64,000 nucleotides of DNA from the human T2T-CHM13v2.0 reference genome, Homo sapiens: NCBI RefSeq assembly GCF_009914755.1, contig NC_060940.1. One strand, written 5' to 3'. The position numbers and the translations under genes are program-made. Below the pieces are notes generated by a model. The model worked only from the letters and a program-made list of their open reading frames with translations. It had not been told where the DNA came from and made no database searches. Positions 28,637 through 43,152 of this stretch are shown piece after piece (within the stretch, counting starts at the first letter, position 1; every line of letters begins with the position of its first letter).

Positions 28637-29074
28637 TTTCATGTGCGTCCGTGTGAAGAGACCACCAAACAGGCTTTGCGTGAGCAATAAAGCTTTTAAT
28701 CACCTGGGTGCAGGTGGGCTGAGTCTGAAAAGAGAGTCAGCGAAGGGAGATAGGGGTGGGGCCGTTTCTATAAGATTTGGGTAGGTAAAGGAAAATTACA
28801 GTCAAAGGGGGTTTGTTCTCTGGCGGGCAGGAGTGGGGGTCGCAAGGTGCTCAGTGGGGGAGCTTTTTGAGCCAGGAAAAGGACTTTCACAAGGTAATGT
28901 CATCACTTAAGGCAAGGACCGGCCATTTTCACTTCTTTTGTGGTGGAATGTCATCAAGTTGGGGCAGGGCATATTCACTTCTTTTGTGATTCTTCAGTTA
29001 CTTCAGGCCATCTGGGCGTATATGTGCAAGTCACAGGGGATGTGATGGCTTGGCTTGGGCTCAGAGGCCTGACA
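28637..29074 (-). promoter_or_regulatory. HERV-H 5' LTR (LTR7), 438 bp
   Basis: Aligns to the 3' LTR with about 11 substitutions (manual count) and indels of 10, 51 and 4 bp. TATA reads TATAGAA (28766-28772). Confidence 0.96.
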
Positions 29075-29525
29075 CTCACCACAATAGCAACAGGAGGCGT
29101 TGCTAGGAAACACCTCCTAGGAAATTATGACAGTAGACACTATGTACTCCAGTTAGTTTTATGAACTTATGGTTTAATGCTATATCTTTACATTTGTCTA
29201 CTTTTCTCTCGACTGCCAATGTTGTTATGTATGGTCTGTTAAGTGTTGCTGTGCATATGTCTTGTTAAATTTTAACTTTTTTACAGTAGATTTGTATATA
29301 TGTTATGGTAGCAAATAATAAAATAGACTAGAATACATATATTTTGTGCATTCATGACACATAACTTTTTCTTAATTTTTCAATATTTCTAGGCCATGTA
29401 GCTCATTTGTGAGTTTTTCCACAAATGCTCACCTCCAAAAAATTTTCTGATGTATTTATTGACAAAAAAATCCATGTATAAGTGGACACATGCAATTCAA
29501 ACCCATGTTGTTCGAGGGGCAATTG

Positions 29526-29660
29526 TATATACATACATATATACGTGTGTATATGTATGTGTGTATGTGTTTGTGTATATACATATGTGTGTATGCATAT
29601 ACATGTGTGTATGTATATACATATGTGTGTGTAGATGCATCTCTACACACATGCATATAT
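29526..29660. repeat. Degenerate (TA/TG/CA)n alternating purine-pyrimidine microsatellite
   Basis: tatatacatacatatatacgtgtgtatatgtatgtgtgt... begins exactly at the Tigger2 TA target site. Confidence 0.85.
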
Positions 29661-31937
29661 AGCAATATTTATTCCCACTAATTGCAAAGCAGCTCAGGTA
29701 ATTTGACCTTATTTTTAAATCCTGTCACTTGATGAAGTGGTTTTCATATTGAGAAAAGTCCATGCTCCATAATAATGGCAATCTTATGCTCATAGCAGTT
29801 ACCACTAGTTTATTTAATACTATGGATTTGAGATAATTTATATCATGTGTTGACAATAAAATTCTTCATATCTCTTTCTTCATGTCTCTAAGAAATAAGA
29901 AACGTATCTTAGCGAACTAGCTAAGAGACAGAATAAGGTATTTCTATGTCTCTAGAAAAATGTTTTTCTAGATCATTAATATTATATGTTAATGGCTCAT
30001 CATTTTCATATACTCCCTGTTTTACTGAGCTCTGTGTAAAGTCTTCAAATTAGCATAGACACACTTACATCTCATTTATAAAAGACACCAAGTTTAAACT
30101 TCATCTCTGACTATGAGTTTGAGATCTTTGAAGATCAAAATAATAATATAAAATATCCTTTATATATTGTAAATTTATGCATGTTTATGTACATTTGTAA
30201 AATAATATAGTGCAAGTTGAAGAAACATACATGTAAAATATTATTTATCCAAGTTTGTGCTGTCCATGTTTTTAATAGGCTCAAACTGAACATTTTAGTT
30301 TACTTGTTTTATTTAATTTAGAAGACATACAAAGTTAGCTTCTTAGGATATTAAATCAAAATTATGCTTTGATTTATGTTTCTTATTTTGTGCCTATTAG
30401 CAAACGTCTCAGGAAAAAAAGTCCTTTTTAAACAAGGGCCTCAGAGTAAGGTTTTGGGAATAGTATTGAAAAGAGAAAAAAGCCAACAGTAATTTGAGAA
30501 GTATAGATCATTTTTTCATTCATTTAGCTTTTTCCCCCTATATCTCAGGTTTTCTTTTCCTTTACCTACCATGTTTTGTACATACTGGACCAGTGAAATA
30601 CTACTAATGCATCAAAGCTTACTTCAAAAGCCAACTTATCCATCAACTCTTCTCTAATCCCTCATCAGCAAAAGGTAATTTTTCATGCTCATGCAGTCTC
30701 TTCATATTAGTGCCCCTACGGCACACCGCTATATACTTCATTGTGTATGTGTGTGTCTGTGTGTACCTGCACAGGTTTTCATATATACTTACTTTCAGTT
30801 TGAGGAGAAAGTATAAGCTTTGAGCTCTAATAGATCTTGATTCATATATACATAACCTTGAACTCAGAATATCAGTCTGTATTGGAACTAAAAAGATGAA
30901 GCAAGTAGGTTCAAAAATAGTTTGACACTACTGGAACATAGCAACAGTTCAACTATGGTCAGTCTATTATTATTCTATTATATAATAAATTAATAAATAT
31001 TTAATTTTGTATTCTGCAATGTGCTAATAACAGGGTTTATATTAGAAGTTCAAAAACATTTTAAATTTTAATTGGTATCCATTTTAATACATAAATGACT
31101 GTGTTTAGTGTTGGGAGCTGATTATGCAATATGCCTTGTTTTTAATAAATGTCAAACCATTTAGCAAATGATAAATGCATTATTTCTTAATTTGTTTAGC
31201 TTTCTCAGCTTATTATTAACTTTAACCTTTTAATTTGTATGCACGTTACATCAGATAAATAACTACTTACAGCTACTCTAGTATGCTTTGTGCTAACTGA
31301 TTATTAATCATCTAATATGTACCTGCACATAACTAAGTAGCATTTAGGGATTTCAGTAGTAAACATTTGATATTTTGTTAATAATGTATTTTAGTAGGTT
31401 AGGGATAAAATCCAATTATATTTTTTTCTTATGATTTGCAACAACCACAAATCCTCACAGAAGTATTTAAGTCTCTTATGATCAAATACTAATTTCTGAG
31501 TTTTTCCATATAAATTTGAATTTTGTTTTGCTGGTGTCCATTTTCAAAAGGGTGCTCTTTGTTAAGTCTTATTCACTTGCGGGTGATACTATCCTAAAAT
31601 TGGGATAGTATCCCAGTTCCTAAGGGAACAAGATGTTTCATGTGATTTTTGTCATGAAATAAGTTCTAGCTTAGAAAAGAAAAAGCAGAGGAGGGAACAT
31701 TTTTAAAAGTCTAGCTTTCAGATTTCCTTACATTTATTATGACATTCTCAATAATTAATTCTTTATCCATCAACTGCTGTTTATAAAGCACCTACTCTAT
31801 GTCAGGGACTGGATGGAATGAAGGCTGGGGACACACTGTGAAGAGATGAAAGAACTTGTCCTATGCTCTGTTTTTAATCACTAAGATTCTACTTTTGAAT
31901 ACGGGATGCTGTATACTCCATTAAAAACAATTTGTGC

Positions 31938-32215
<278 letters not shown>

Positions 32216-35200
32216 TCAAAATAACACAGCTTGTAATTGTCAGACTTCAATATTGTAGAAATGAGAAGACCCCACAGCTGATTGATGAGATAACCAAGAG
32301 ATTTAGGATTAAACCTCTATCAAACTTTTTTGAAACTTCTAATTCATGAAAATTAACTAGGAAGTACAAGACATCTCACGACCTTTGAATTTTCTGAAAT
32401 ACTACAGTATATATCCTTTACAATAAAAAGGAACCTCAGAAGGGAAAACACATTCAATTTCACCCCCAGCCTTTTATTTTGTACTCAGGAATAAAGCCCT
32501 CCATAAGTAAACTCCATGCAGTGCTGTGTCTGCTAGTGTGTTTCATTAGACTCAATACAGTAAGCACCAAAATGTTGGGAACTGAATAAAGCTGACTTTT
32601 GTTTCTGTTGTCCTTCAGTAAGGATAAAATAAACATGTTTTCTGTGGAAAGAAAAAGAAAGCATTCTTTCTCAAAGTCAAGTAGGATAGCCCTTACCAAA
32701 AATATTCTGAATTTTCTTTGTGGTTCAAAACAACCTTAATACACTAGATGGTCAACAGGATTAATTGCATGTACAGTTCAAAAATAATGAGAAGGCAATA
32801 TATTTAAAACTAGTTATCAACTAGTAATAAAGTTAAGCCACATTTAGCCTAAGTAATTGACCTGGTAAACTCTCCAATTTTTCCCACATAGCTATCTTCT
32901 CTTATGTGCTTGCAACACATTGCATCTTAATGAAATACACAGCTATATACAGTGAATTATAAATTAAATACTTTGCCTATGCTCTGTTCAACTTGACTGC
33001 CTTTATTCTGATTTTAGTCTTGTAAAATATGTAACATTTTATGTACTGAGTATATCTTTCCATAACCAACAAATTATCCAACAAATGTATTCTGCTTCTG
33101 TCTGCAGAAGCTTTATAGTGAAAAGCATGCAATTTAAATGGATATTAACCTGATGCCTAGATTCAAAAAAACAAAATTTTTCAGCATTACTAATTGTATG
33201 TCAGTTCAACCTTAAAATTCTCTTACTTTAGTGATCTTCCTACCTAGAAGGCCAATTTAGTATTGTTTCAACTTTTGCCACTCTAGTGACACATTCTTCA
33301 GTTAAGCAATTTCCTCATCGCATTTGCTACAAGGAACCAAGGATGCAGGTTTGCATTTCCCTGTACATGAAATGAGGGAAAAACACGCTGAGACAGTCAC
33401 CTTCACCATCACACATTCAGTTTAAATCTACGGTAATAGACTTGTACTCCTAGAAGGCTTGCTGTGTTTGTTTGCAAACTAGCATGCAGTACTTACAAGT
33501 CTGTGGTTTTATTGACATATTCCTTTCCATTCCTGTGGTTTTTTAATTGAAACCCCCACTGCTTTGCCCAGCTTCAGGAATGCGGAATATAGAAGTTTTA
33601 CGTTTACTTTTCTATTAAGACCAGAGGAACCCCGAAGCTCCAGTTCGTGCAATGAAACTTAGATTTTAGTGTTTCTTTTGGTCTCTAATAAAATGATGAA
33701 CCTTAGCAGGTATGTTGGGAATTATTGCCTGAATTAAATCTGACTATGAGACGTTTCTGTTTCAACCTCTGAACGTGAACAATTGTCATTACCTGTAGAG
33801 TCTGGGTTTGTTTCCTTAACAGACTTTAATCAACATTTCCTACTTGCCACACTCTGTAGTAAGTGCTAAGACTCAAACATGAAAAGATTGTCTGAGTCAA
33901 GTTATTAACACAGTGGTTGTTATTACTCAGCACCAAGAAGCCTGTGTTATTTGGCTTTAGTACTACGTTGCAACGTAATAGTTGTGTATATCCGTTTCTC
34001 TCGTTTCCCCTCTGTCTCCTGTGATTATATTTTGGTACAGACTTGAATGTTCTGTATTGGTAGCAAATCTTATAACAAATGACCGAGGGATTCCCAAGGA
34101 TTAATTTTGGACAGCTCTTTCCTTTACTCCTCCCCTGACTCCTGCTTATCTCTAGATGTTAGCTGGACCAGTTTACAAACAGTGTCAGAAGTAGAATCTT
34201 ATTATTTTCTTAAAACATTTACAGAAACTGAAAAAGCATGAATACATAAAACTATTTCTTCACTACCTGGAGAGGAGAAGAGAAACCAAGAGTATATCTT
34301 TCCTCTTGTATCTCTTCTGCTCAGATCCCAACGTTGTCTCAACATGGCCTACTGAGAGGACAGAGCCTAGGACTCTTTAATTTACATTGTACCCTGACCA
34401 AGGATGGAGAGTAGAGCATTAGAAAATGCCAGAGATGTCCAACATATTTCCTGAGTTTCTTGGTCAGAAGTTCAGCTAGATATAAGAGAAAAACATCTAC
34501 ATATACGTCAATAAAAACTATATTACCCAATTTTCTATAAATACTAATTTGATTTCATAGACGATATGGATTATAAGTTGATTTTCTTGGGATATGTTGA
34601 AAAGTCACTTGTTTTCAAAGATTAAAGTAACAAAATTGATTTTGTAATTGTAAGTACTAAAATTTTTCTAGTTTTACAGGAAAAATATAAGCAAAAAAAG
34701 TATCCCTTAATTATGGTGATTGAAAACTAGCTATAGGTTGAGATTCATGGTGTAACATGTATAAATTCCATTCATCCTATTAGTAAAATAAATTTTTTTC
34801 CTTTGACAAAGTATTAATGATTTTAGGAAGTTTCTTTAAAATACTTAAGTGATATCATTCATTTAGTATAACATTATATTCATTAGTAAGATATAAATGC
34901 TTAATCGAACTGTGCTTTCATTATATCTGAGTGATAAATAAATTGTCAGTCTCTCACTAAATTCTATATTAACACAAACTTAAATGATGAGAATTATAAT
35001 ATTTGAAGTGAATAAAGTGAACTTTTGGTTCTATTTCTACTCCTCTTTCTCTCTTTTCTAAGGTAATTGAGCAGTATGTTTTTTTTTTCCTGCTGAGATA
35101 TTGGCAAAATAAGCATGTCTAATGCTAGTGTGCCAATAGTAATGATACTAAAGTGTGATGAAAAGAATAAAAATGAAATGTCTAAAACAAAGTACTACTG

Positions 35201-35735
35201 GATTTCTAACAGATATTTAAGGTTTTCCCTATTTCAATAACTTTTAGTTAGAGTTTAAAAAGCTATAGAGGTGGGAACATTTCAGATTGATTATCTATCT
35301 GCTCATCTGAGGGAGGGACAATATCATACGCAAGATAACACAGGCTTGACATTCACAAGGAATGATGTTCAGAATTTAGGCACTCATTTTGAGATCAGTT
35401 AACCCACATGCAAAAAACCAACCAACCAACCAAAGAAAAAAACTGCAAAAATTTTGTAAGGATGACAAATCATTAGGGTGTGAAACCAGCCTTTTAAAGA
35501 TCTATTTCCAATTCATATATCCTATTGTCTGCTACTTTTCTTAGTGTGCACGGTTTTATTGACCACCAATCATTGAGAATACAGGTCTCATCTGATACTG
35601 ATTTGATATAAATTTTAAATTATAAATTAAGCATTATATGCTAACAAGATTATAACCTTAATTTATTAGGACCATTGTTCTGTTTTCTCATCAAATCAAA
35701 CAAAAATATTACCTAATAGTTATTTTATAACTTGA

Positions 35736-36091
<356 letters not shown>

Positions 36092-36219
36092 TCTTTTTAC
36101 TATTATTAATAATGGTGATGGTCTGCATTATGGTATCTGTATTATTGCCTAATTTGTAGGGGAGAGGTTATGATGAAGACCAATATCATAATCACTGTTG
36201 GAAAGATTGATTCAAACCA

Positions 36220-36900
36220 AAAAGAAAGAGGAGAAAAAGGACTTCATTGACAAGAATGTAAAGGCGACATACCAAAATGATAATAAGAGGATATTATAAA
36301 CTTTGGTGCCAGCAAAGTTTTAGATTTAGGTGAAATAAATGAATTCCTTTAAAATCACCACTTAATACCAAACTGACGCAAAAACAAACTGAAAATATCT
36401 CAGATATTAAATCTTAAACACTTTCCTATACATTCACTACAAGCCCAGGTGGCAGTATGTCCAAAGAGAAAAAGAAAAAACATTACAAACAAGGAGGACC
36501 TAATAAATGGAAGCCTATTCCATATTCATAGATCTGAAGACTCGATATTTTTAAGATGTCAATTTTCCCCAAATTTCTCTATAAAATCAGTGCAATCACA
36601 AAGTTCCAATAATTTTTTTTTGTGTTAAAACTGCACTTTTATATAAATTTTAGAATCAGATTAATAGCATCAAAGAAGCTTGAAGACTTACAGTACCACA
36701 TATCAAAGCTCACTATAAAACTACAGCTAAGACAGTGTAATATTGGTGTGAAGATCTATGAACACACCAATTAAGTATGATAAAGAGTAAGGAAACAGAC
36801 CCACATATGGTCATTTTCTTTACAATAAAGTTGCCACTACAGTGCATAACTGTAAGATTATTTTATAAATGGTTCTTCGTTAATTGTATGCCCACATGAT
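36220..36900 (+). mobile_element. Old L1M ORF2 fragments
   Basis: cctaataaatggaagcctattccatattcatagat...aagatgtcaattttccccaaatt...aaaactacag...gacagtgtaatattgg. Confidence 0.65.
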
Positions 36901-36913
36901 ATAGTTTAGCCCC

Positions 36914-37410
36914 TGTGTATTAGGTTCCAAATCACCACAAACTTAATGGCTTAAAAGAACGCGAGTTTATTATCTTACAACTTGGATAACTGAAATCTGA
37001 AATAAATATCACTTGGCTAAAATCAAGGTGTTGGCAGGCTGCATTCATTCTGGTGCCTGTAGGGAAGAATCTGTTTCTTTGCATTTTCCAGCTTCTAGAG
37101 GTCATCTGGATTCCTCAGCTCAGGAGCCCATTCCTACAATTTGAAAGCCAGTAACATTTAGCTGAGTCCTTCTTGCTCTGCCATCTTTCTGGCTCTCTTC
37201 TGTCTCCTTCGTCCAGTTTTAAGAACTATTGTGGTCACCCTGGGCTCGCTTGGTTAACCTAAGATAATCTCTTCATTTTAAGGTCTGCCGATTCAAAACA
37301 TTAATTATACAGACAATCATAATTGCCCTTTGACATGTAGTGTAACATACTTGAGGTTCTGGGGATAGGGCACAGACATCTTTTAAAGGGGGGCTATTCT
37401 GCCCGCCACA
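36914..37410 (-). mobile_element. MLT1C/D-like MaLR LTR
   Basis: caccacaaacttaatggcttaaa...aatcaaggtgttggcaggctgc...ttccagcttctagagg...attctgcccgccaca. Confidence 0.8.
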
Positions 37411-38542
37411 TCAACAGGATTGTATACATATTACATCCATAGAAATGTAGAGCACTAATATTAGAAGCACTAAACGTGATGGCACAAAAGTGGAAGCAAG
37501 AGAAATAATGTTAAAGAAAATAAGCTAGAAATGAAGGGGTACATACACATGATTCTGTTCACATGATGTAGAAACATGGACAAAACTAATTTATAGCGAC
37601 AGAAGTCAAAATAGCAATTACTCTTTCAGAAGCTATTGACTTGGAGGGTCCAAGAAGGAGGACTTCTGGTTCTGATAATGTATGATATCTCAATTTATGT
37701 GATTATTACATAGATGTGCTCACTTTTTGAAAAAATCTTTGATTTGTACAGAGAAGTAAAGCTGTACTTTGCTGTGTCTACCTCTATCTCCCTCTCTGTG
37801 TCTCTCTCTCTAAACTAGCTTCAAAAGCTGTTTACCTATAATGTTAAAGTTCAATTTGTCTCCTCAATACTCTTTCAATGTTTAAGATTCTTCCTTATAT
37901 GTAAAGTACAACATAGTTACATATTAAAGAGAAAATACATATTTTCAATACACCTCAGGGTACTAAGACCTACTACTTTTAAAAGTATATGCATCTTATA
38001 TTATTATTTCCATCTCTTCATTTCTCTGAGAGATCTAGCAATTTTTACTTTATGTAATTGAGCTCAATGGAATGATCTTATTTACTCATCAATCATTGAT
38101 CACACTTAATGATTATTATATTTCTTAATAATTAGCACCTACTCTGATATCATGTGCACATGAATGTGTATTTTCTCACATGTATTTAAACACATATATA
38201 TGGACAACTGCTCTCTGGACCAGGAGAGTACCTTGTTTATCTTACTGATTTGGCCCCAAATGTGTAGCCATTTACAGCTATTTTAGGTGACTTTTATCAA
38301 CCCTCTATTCACAAATAAATATGGAATGGGAAAGTATCTTTTTATTGCTGTCATTCCATGTCAACACCAAATTTTTATGATAATGAGAACCATATGTTTC
38401 TTGATGATGTATTATGAGTTGCTTTTGTTTGTCCTAAAATTAGCTTCTGTGGGTAATAAGCATTTCAAAGTTAAACAGAGATAAATGAAGTATTTGGTTC
38501 TATAAAACATTTATTGATTTCTTTGTGAAATAAACATGCACA

Positions 38543-38543
<1 letters not shown>

Positions 38544-38597
<54 letters not shown>
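38544..38597. repeat. (CA)27 perfect microsatellite
   Basis: Direct read. Confidence 0.97.
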
Positions 38598-38600
<3 letters not shown>

Positions 38601-38701
38601 ATGCTTTAAGAAAAAACAGATGATTGGGTAGCACTTACTCCAAAAAGAAAATTCAAGTGTTGGTTACCTACACCCCTGTGAAATAGTTTTTTCCTTCCTA
38701 G

Positions 38702-39137
<436 letters not shown>

Positions 39138-39165
39138 GATTATTTTTGTGTAATAGCTTCTGAAA

Positions 39166-39442
39166 CAGGGGTCCCCAACCCCTGGGCCATGGACCGCTAC
39201 CAGTCCATAGCCTGTTAGGGACCAGGCTGCAAGCAGATCAGCAGCGGCATTAGATTCTCATAGGAGCACAAACCCTACTGTGAACTGTGCATGTGGGGAA
39301 TCTAGGTTGCATGCTTCTTATGAGAATCTAATGCCAGATGATCTGAGATGGAACGGTTTCATCCGCAAACCACCCTGTAACTCCTTGAAACCCCCACCCC
39401 TACAAAACTGGTTCCTGGTGCCAAAAAGATTGGGGACCGCTG
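39166..39442 (+). mobile_element. MER1B (hAT-Charlie)
   Basis: caggggtccccaacc...gcattagattctcatagg...ttggggaccgctg. 8-bp TSD ttctgaaa / ttctaaaa. Confidence 0.9.
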
Positions 39443-40085
39443 TTCTAAAATATTTTAAAGTCTGATTTTGCCCTTAGGAAATGATGAAGCACTTTCCCAT
39501 ACTTCTGTGTTGATTGGGGCCAATTTTCTCTCCTGTCCCCACCATTTCTACCACTACTTGCCCTGCTTCAAATCTCATTGATCTAATCTTTCTATCCTGC
39601 TCAAACTCAACATGCCTCCATCCACCGAAGGCAGCCCTGCATGTTTCCCAGAGGCTTCTATATTTAGAAAGCTCTGCAGAATCCTCCTTTGGCCCTTACC
39701 TACCTTTACATACTAAGTGTTAAGTGTAATTTATTTTTTCTTTTAATAAGCGATCTTTCCTGACTGCTGCACTTAAGTCCTATTGCCATAAAGTTTCACG
39801 TATGCATGTTCCTTGGCTTTGAAACACATACCCTGTCTTGTCGTACTTCATTTGTGTTGGTAATGTTTGCTTCTCTATCTTGACTGCAAACGTTGTGCAA
39901 GTCACCCATGGACATTTTAATTCGCAATGTTATCTGTGCCTAGACATTATCTATAGTGTCTGGCATGTAGTAAAGATTAATCAAATACAAGTTGAAAGAC
40001 ACATTGAGTGATCTGTTAACTCTCTGAAAGGAGGTATTTGTTTTCCACTAGTTCAGCTTTCAGACAGCAAGTAAAGAAGTACTTT

Positions 40086-40826
40086 CGAAACTATCTTTGC
40101 AAAAATTATAACTGTGGAAATTATGACAGTGAAAGAGATCAGACCTAACCAACTCCTTCTTGCTTCTAACCTTTAAGCTGTCCTTGTTCTTTCCTGGGCT
40201 TAGGCTGAACTGGCCTTGGGAAAAAATTTAGTTTATGGTGTGACTCTGAAGCAACATTGATAATAGCCCTTTCCTGAAAAGACCCACTTCTTGCCTGGGG
40301 ACCAGCCTGCCTTTGTAGGACTAACAAATTAGCTGCAAGATTAGAAATTACAGTTTAGGGGTCATGCAGCCTCTGGCTGCAAGAGTCTGAAACTCCCCAA
40401 ATTGCTCCTGGGGATAACATCACTATTGTAAAACCTAAAATCGGTGCTTGGGATATTTTGCAGACCATGGCACTCAATGGCTCAGTTGACACCACCAAGA
40501 CACATAATCTGGCTCAACAAGTTTTGCGATTCCAACCAGGGACAAAAGATAACAAGAAAGCCTCACTTTGACCTCCTTATGATTTCATCTCCAACCTGAC
40601 CAGACAGCACTCCCGACTCCCAACTTCCCAAGCCCCTACCTGCCACATTATTTTTAAAAACTCCCATCTCCGAATGCTCTGGGAGACTGATTTGAGTAAT
40701 AATAAAACTCCGGTCTCCCACACAGCTAACTCTGTGTGAATTATTCTTTCTCCATTGCAGTTCTCCTGTCTTGATAAATCGGCTCTGTCTAGGCAGTGGG
40801 CAAGGCGAACCTGTTAGGCTGTTATA
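40086..40826 (+). mobile_element. LTR8-family solo LTR (ERV1)
   Basis: ctttgcaaaaattataactg...gaaagagatcagacctaacc...tttgagtaataataaaactcc...ctctgtctaggcagtgggcaagg. 4-bp TSD cttt. Confidence 0.85.
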
Positions 40827-41133
40827 CTTTATGTAAAAAAATGAAGCAAATAGCTCTAAATTAAATTATTTCTTCTAAGGGAACATGGAAAGTAACATTG
40901 AAAGTAAATGCGTGAGTAAATTCTAAATCTCACTAAAAAACAAAAAACAAACAAACAAAAAAAACAACTTCACTTTCCTCCATTGTGTATCTAACTTTAA
41001 GTGTGTTGGGACTTGGGCGTTGCCCCATTCAGGCAATGTGGTGGTGAAGAACATTACTGTATACTTTAGGCTCAACATTCCTCTGCAGGTGTGCTTAGTT
41101 CTGTAAAAATTAATGAGTAAAAATAGGAAGCTT

Positions 41134-41494
<361 letters not shown>

Positions 41495-43096
41495 TCAGTG
41501 AACACAGTTACTGGAGGAACTATTTATAAAGGCAGCTGTAGGGTAAATGGAAAATAACAAGACATGGTGAAGCACTGCAGGGCTAGCACCAGCGGACAGC
41601 CACTAATGCAAATTAAGCCTTTAGAGGCAAGAGGAGGAGCCACTACTAGATTCCTGAGAGAGCTATAGGAGAGGGCCACTTGACGGAAGCTAAATCTTCA
41701 GTCTTCTAATATAGCCACTCTCAATCTCTGACCAGGTAAATATCTGGACGCCACTCTCTTTTTATCCTCCCACTATCTTGCCAGTTTTCTCATTGGCTGA
41801 ACCCATCTGGAATCCAGAGAGCTAGAAAAATCCTCAATTCAATCTACAGGATGGAAAATAATAAGGAGAGGATGTTAAGGAGCAAATGAAGATATCAAGT
41901 AATCACCATTCAAAGAGTCTGCACATCTTTACTCCATTTCCATTTGTTAACAAAATTTAGTTTTAAAAATACAAACTACAATTTCAGCTCCTATATTTTT
42001 GGGGAATTTTTATAATGTAGTAAATTATGGAAGAAATATAGTAACTTTATCACTTACAAAATGTACTTCTTAGTAAAATTATATAAACACACATATAAAT
42101 ATTTTTATAAAGATATGTTATATTCATTTCTACATTGTTCTTGCTAGGGAACATCAGCATTATCTGTGTTGTTAAAATCATATTTATTGTGCATATCATT
42201 TTAATGCTATGTAATATCCCAACATGCAGCTATACCATAGATATGAACATGTGTATGTGTGTATATATTTGTCTGTGCTGATAATTGTTTTACTTCTTCT
42301 CTTTCTCCTTCTTCTCTTTTCTCCTGAACTTAACTCAGGCAGTTGTGAAACTTGGACAATACTTACTCCTAGTCATCAAATTCCTCTTTTGGAAATACAG
42401 TAATAATTGCACTTTAAACTGTCAACAGAGAAAAGGGAAGAAAACCTCAAATCCAGTGAGAGATTGTCATCAAGAAAAGAAGCTCTGTTTAATTAGAAGT
42501 TAGAATTCTTAGAAATTCTAATCTGGTCTGACTTTTCTTCGGTTCCTGCTTACTGAAGTAAGGGCAGAGGGAAGTCTGTGTTCTCAGTATTTTCAGTTTT
42601 GCTTAGAAAGCAAACCTGTGGGACTTTCTTATGCATAAGTTTAGTTTCATTCAGATGAAAGTTAAATGGAAGATTTTTACATAGAGTTGAGGGTTTCAGA
42701 TTCAGCACAAATTCAAGTGTGAAATGATACTTGTATGTTAGAGAAATTATCATAACCAGGGGGACTTGCAACTTTCTTCTTCATTGATAACTAGTTATGC
42801 ATTTAGAACCATTACCAAGCTGTAAGACATAAATTCATGTTGCATGCATCAAGACAGGCTCAATGACTGAAGATTTTAGAATACTTTGAAAATGAATTCA
42901 TGAAATATAAATTACAGAACGTTGTTTCTTTTTTGTGTCTTGAATTAATCTTCATATAGACATTTTACAGACTAAAACTCATATAGACATAGGTAAATGA
43001 CTGATAATATTTAATCTATAAATTACAGTGTGTGTACATATATATTATTAATGCTACATAATATCCTGACATTTTTCTCCAAAATAATTGTTGTTC

Positions 43097-43152
43097 TTGC
43101 TTTTGAATGAGCTTTCATAGTAGAATATATAAGAAAGCTCATTCAAAAGCAA
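43097..43152. repeat. Perfect 20-bp inverted repeat with 16-nt spacer
   Basis: ttgcttttgaatgagctttc (43097-43116) / gaaagctcattcaaaagcaa (43133-43152). Confidence 0.95.

Larger units (their letters stand above)
21020..29074 (-). mobile_element. HERV-H provirus (LTR7 - HERVH-int - LTR7), env-retaining, replication-defective
   Basis: Two LTRs, 5-bp TSD ctcac (21015-21019 / 29075-29079), tRNA-His PBS, polypurine tract, gag-pro-pol-env remnants in order. Confidence 0.98.
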
